Of a stretch of 64,000 nucleotides of DNA, positions 62,411 to 64,000 are shown in pieces; the stretch's first letter is position 1; each line of letters opens with the position of its first letter. Source of the DNA: Gekko japonicus (taxonomy: Eukaryota); the NCBI RefSeq assembly GCF_001447785.1, contig NW_015176495.1, positions 394,478 through 458,477 of the forward strand, read 5' to 3'. The notes under the pieces are model-generated. The model saw only the letters and a list, made by a program, of their open reading frames with translations. It did not search any database and had not been told where the DNA came from. The position numbers and the translations under genes are program-made.

Positions 62411-63586
62411 ATTATTCTGACTTCTAAATTAGTTTGAATCTTTTTGGGCCTCTACTTCCACATTATTTCAGACATACATTGGGGGGCAGAGATTGAATTG
62501 CAAACTAGCTTCCCCAATGTCCCTCAAAGCACAGTGTATAATTATTTTATAGCTACAAGTTCATGATGATTTAAGATATATTTCAGGATTAGCTGCTATT
62601 TCAGATAATATGAAAGCAGCTTCTGCACAGAATTGTCAGGTTCAGCNNNNNNNNNNNNNNNNNNNNNNNNNNNNNNNNNNNNNNNNNNNNNNNNNNNNNN
62701 NNNNNNNNNNNNNNNNNNNNNNNNNNNNNNNNNNNNNNNNNNNNNNNNNNNNNNNNNNNNNNNNNNNNNNNNNNNNNNNNNNNNNNNNNNNNNNNNNNNN
62801 NNNNNNNNNNNNNNNNNNNNNNNNNNNNNNNNNNNNNNNNNNNNNNNNNNNNNNNNNNNNNNNNNNNNNNNNNNNNNNNNNNNNNNNNNNNNNNNNNNNN
62901 NNNNNNNNNNNNNNNNNNNNNNNNNNNNNNNNNNNNNNNNNNNNNNNNNNNNNNNNNNNNNNNNNNNNNNNNNNNNNNNNNNNNNNNNNNGAACAGAGAA
63001 ATTCCAGCTAGGTCCCCCCCCCCCATCATACGGCAGGCAGGTTACACAGAGCATACCCAGAATACAAATGGAAATTTACTGAATAGAAACCAAAGAAAGA
63101 AATTTACTGAATAGAAACCAAAAAGTTCTCTTTTCCATGGTTTTCATTACCATTATATTCATCTACCTACCTATAATCAACTGAACACACCAATTTCTCA
63201 ATTTTATGTACTGTGTACATTTTACATACGACATCTACAAATTTGTATACAGTTTCTCATTCCACATGCTCCACTGATATAAGAAAATGTATTTCTATGC
63301 AACAGCTCAATTAGGTCTAAACACTGCAAGCATGCATTTTCCTCCTCCACATTCACTTGAGGATACACTATTCTCTCAATTAACGTTAATGTCTTTTTCT
63401 GTATTTCCAAAATGGAAACATCAACAGCATTTGTACAATGCACAGCACTGCTTCAATGCTCTGCCTGTAAGACTATCATTAGTATGGTATTTACACATCA
63501 CAAAAAATGGTCTGAACTGATAGAATGGCCTGCTTTATCTCTTCATTACCTATGGCTTGAACTACTGTGGAACTGACAAGACTTAC

Positions 63587-63686
63587 CAATTTTTGGATCC
63601 AAAACTAAGCCTCCAGAATATGCTGCCTTTTTTCGCCCCATCTTTGATTTATTCTGATCACCTTCAAAATCTTCATCTTCATCTAG
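63587..63686 (-). CDS. POLA1: POLA1 coding exon (100 nt): [34 protein letters not shown]
   Basis: Acceptor tttaaatag and donor G|GTAAGT. The translation matches the human POLA1 segment [18 protein letters not shown]. Its phase-1 end joins the next exon. Confidence 0.96.
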
Positions 63687-64000
63687 CTATTTAAAACATG
63701 AAACAAACCAAGTTTTTTTTAAGAACCAAGCTGAAACTCTACTTACAAACCACTTATTTTTCAAAAATGAGATAAGTTTTAGACTCAGTGAATGCAATAC
63801 CAGAGAGAGAGGAAAAAATGTTCATTCATGTTTAACATTTACCTCTGAACTCTTTGGTAAAAAACCCTATTTAATAGTTAGAGATTCAAAGTTAAAAAAA
63901 TTCTCAGTGGCATGATATGCAAAAACATGGAGATAGAAACATGGGGCTGCCTTTGTCGCGGATCCGGAAGCTGCAGCTAGTGCAGAATGCTGCGGCCAGG

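Overview
Vertebrate genomic DNA, most likely a squamate and probably a gecko (Sauria SINEs, a Squam3-like SINE, gecko-type CR1 3' UTRs), with four N-gaps. The window lies inside the DNA polymerase alpha catalytic subunit gene POLA1 on the minus strand. Four consecutive coding exons (100, 125, 150 and 123 nt; 63686 down to 52134) splice in frame and encode B-family polymerase motifs A and B. No further POLA1 exon was found in 1-52133, so that stretch is read as one intron of more than 52 kb. The ORF track misses an intronic box H/ACA RNA at about 59870-60003 (minus). Its 3' pocket pairs with U6 snRNA around U40, which matches SCARNA23/ACA12. Its 5' pocket has an imperfect, speculative match to U5 U46. 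The introns also carry a processed 14-3-3 gamma (YWHAG) pseudogene and many transposable elements: CR1, L2, L1/Tx1, RTE-X-like, BovB/RTE, DIRS, hAT MITEs, a Helitron, solo LTRs and tRNA- or 5S-derived SINEs. Many have readable target-site duplications (TSDs) and nesting order. AT-rich, repeat-free islands are candidate conserved enhancers of the POLA1-ARX block. I found no convincing new multi-gene system. The best leads for something undescribed are the possible second scaRNA guide pocket, a young SINE with a Sauria head and an L2-type tail, a Helitron carrying NRF1 and CTCF motifs, a multi-hairpin element and a possible 32-nt poison exon. Exon, scaRNA and TSD-bounded coordinates were read base by base; other repeat boundaries are approximate.
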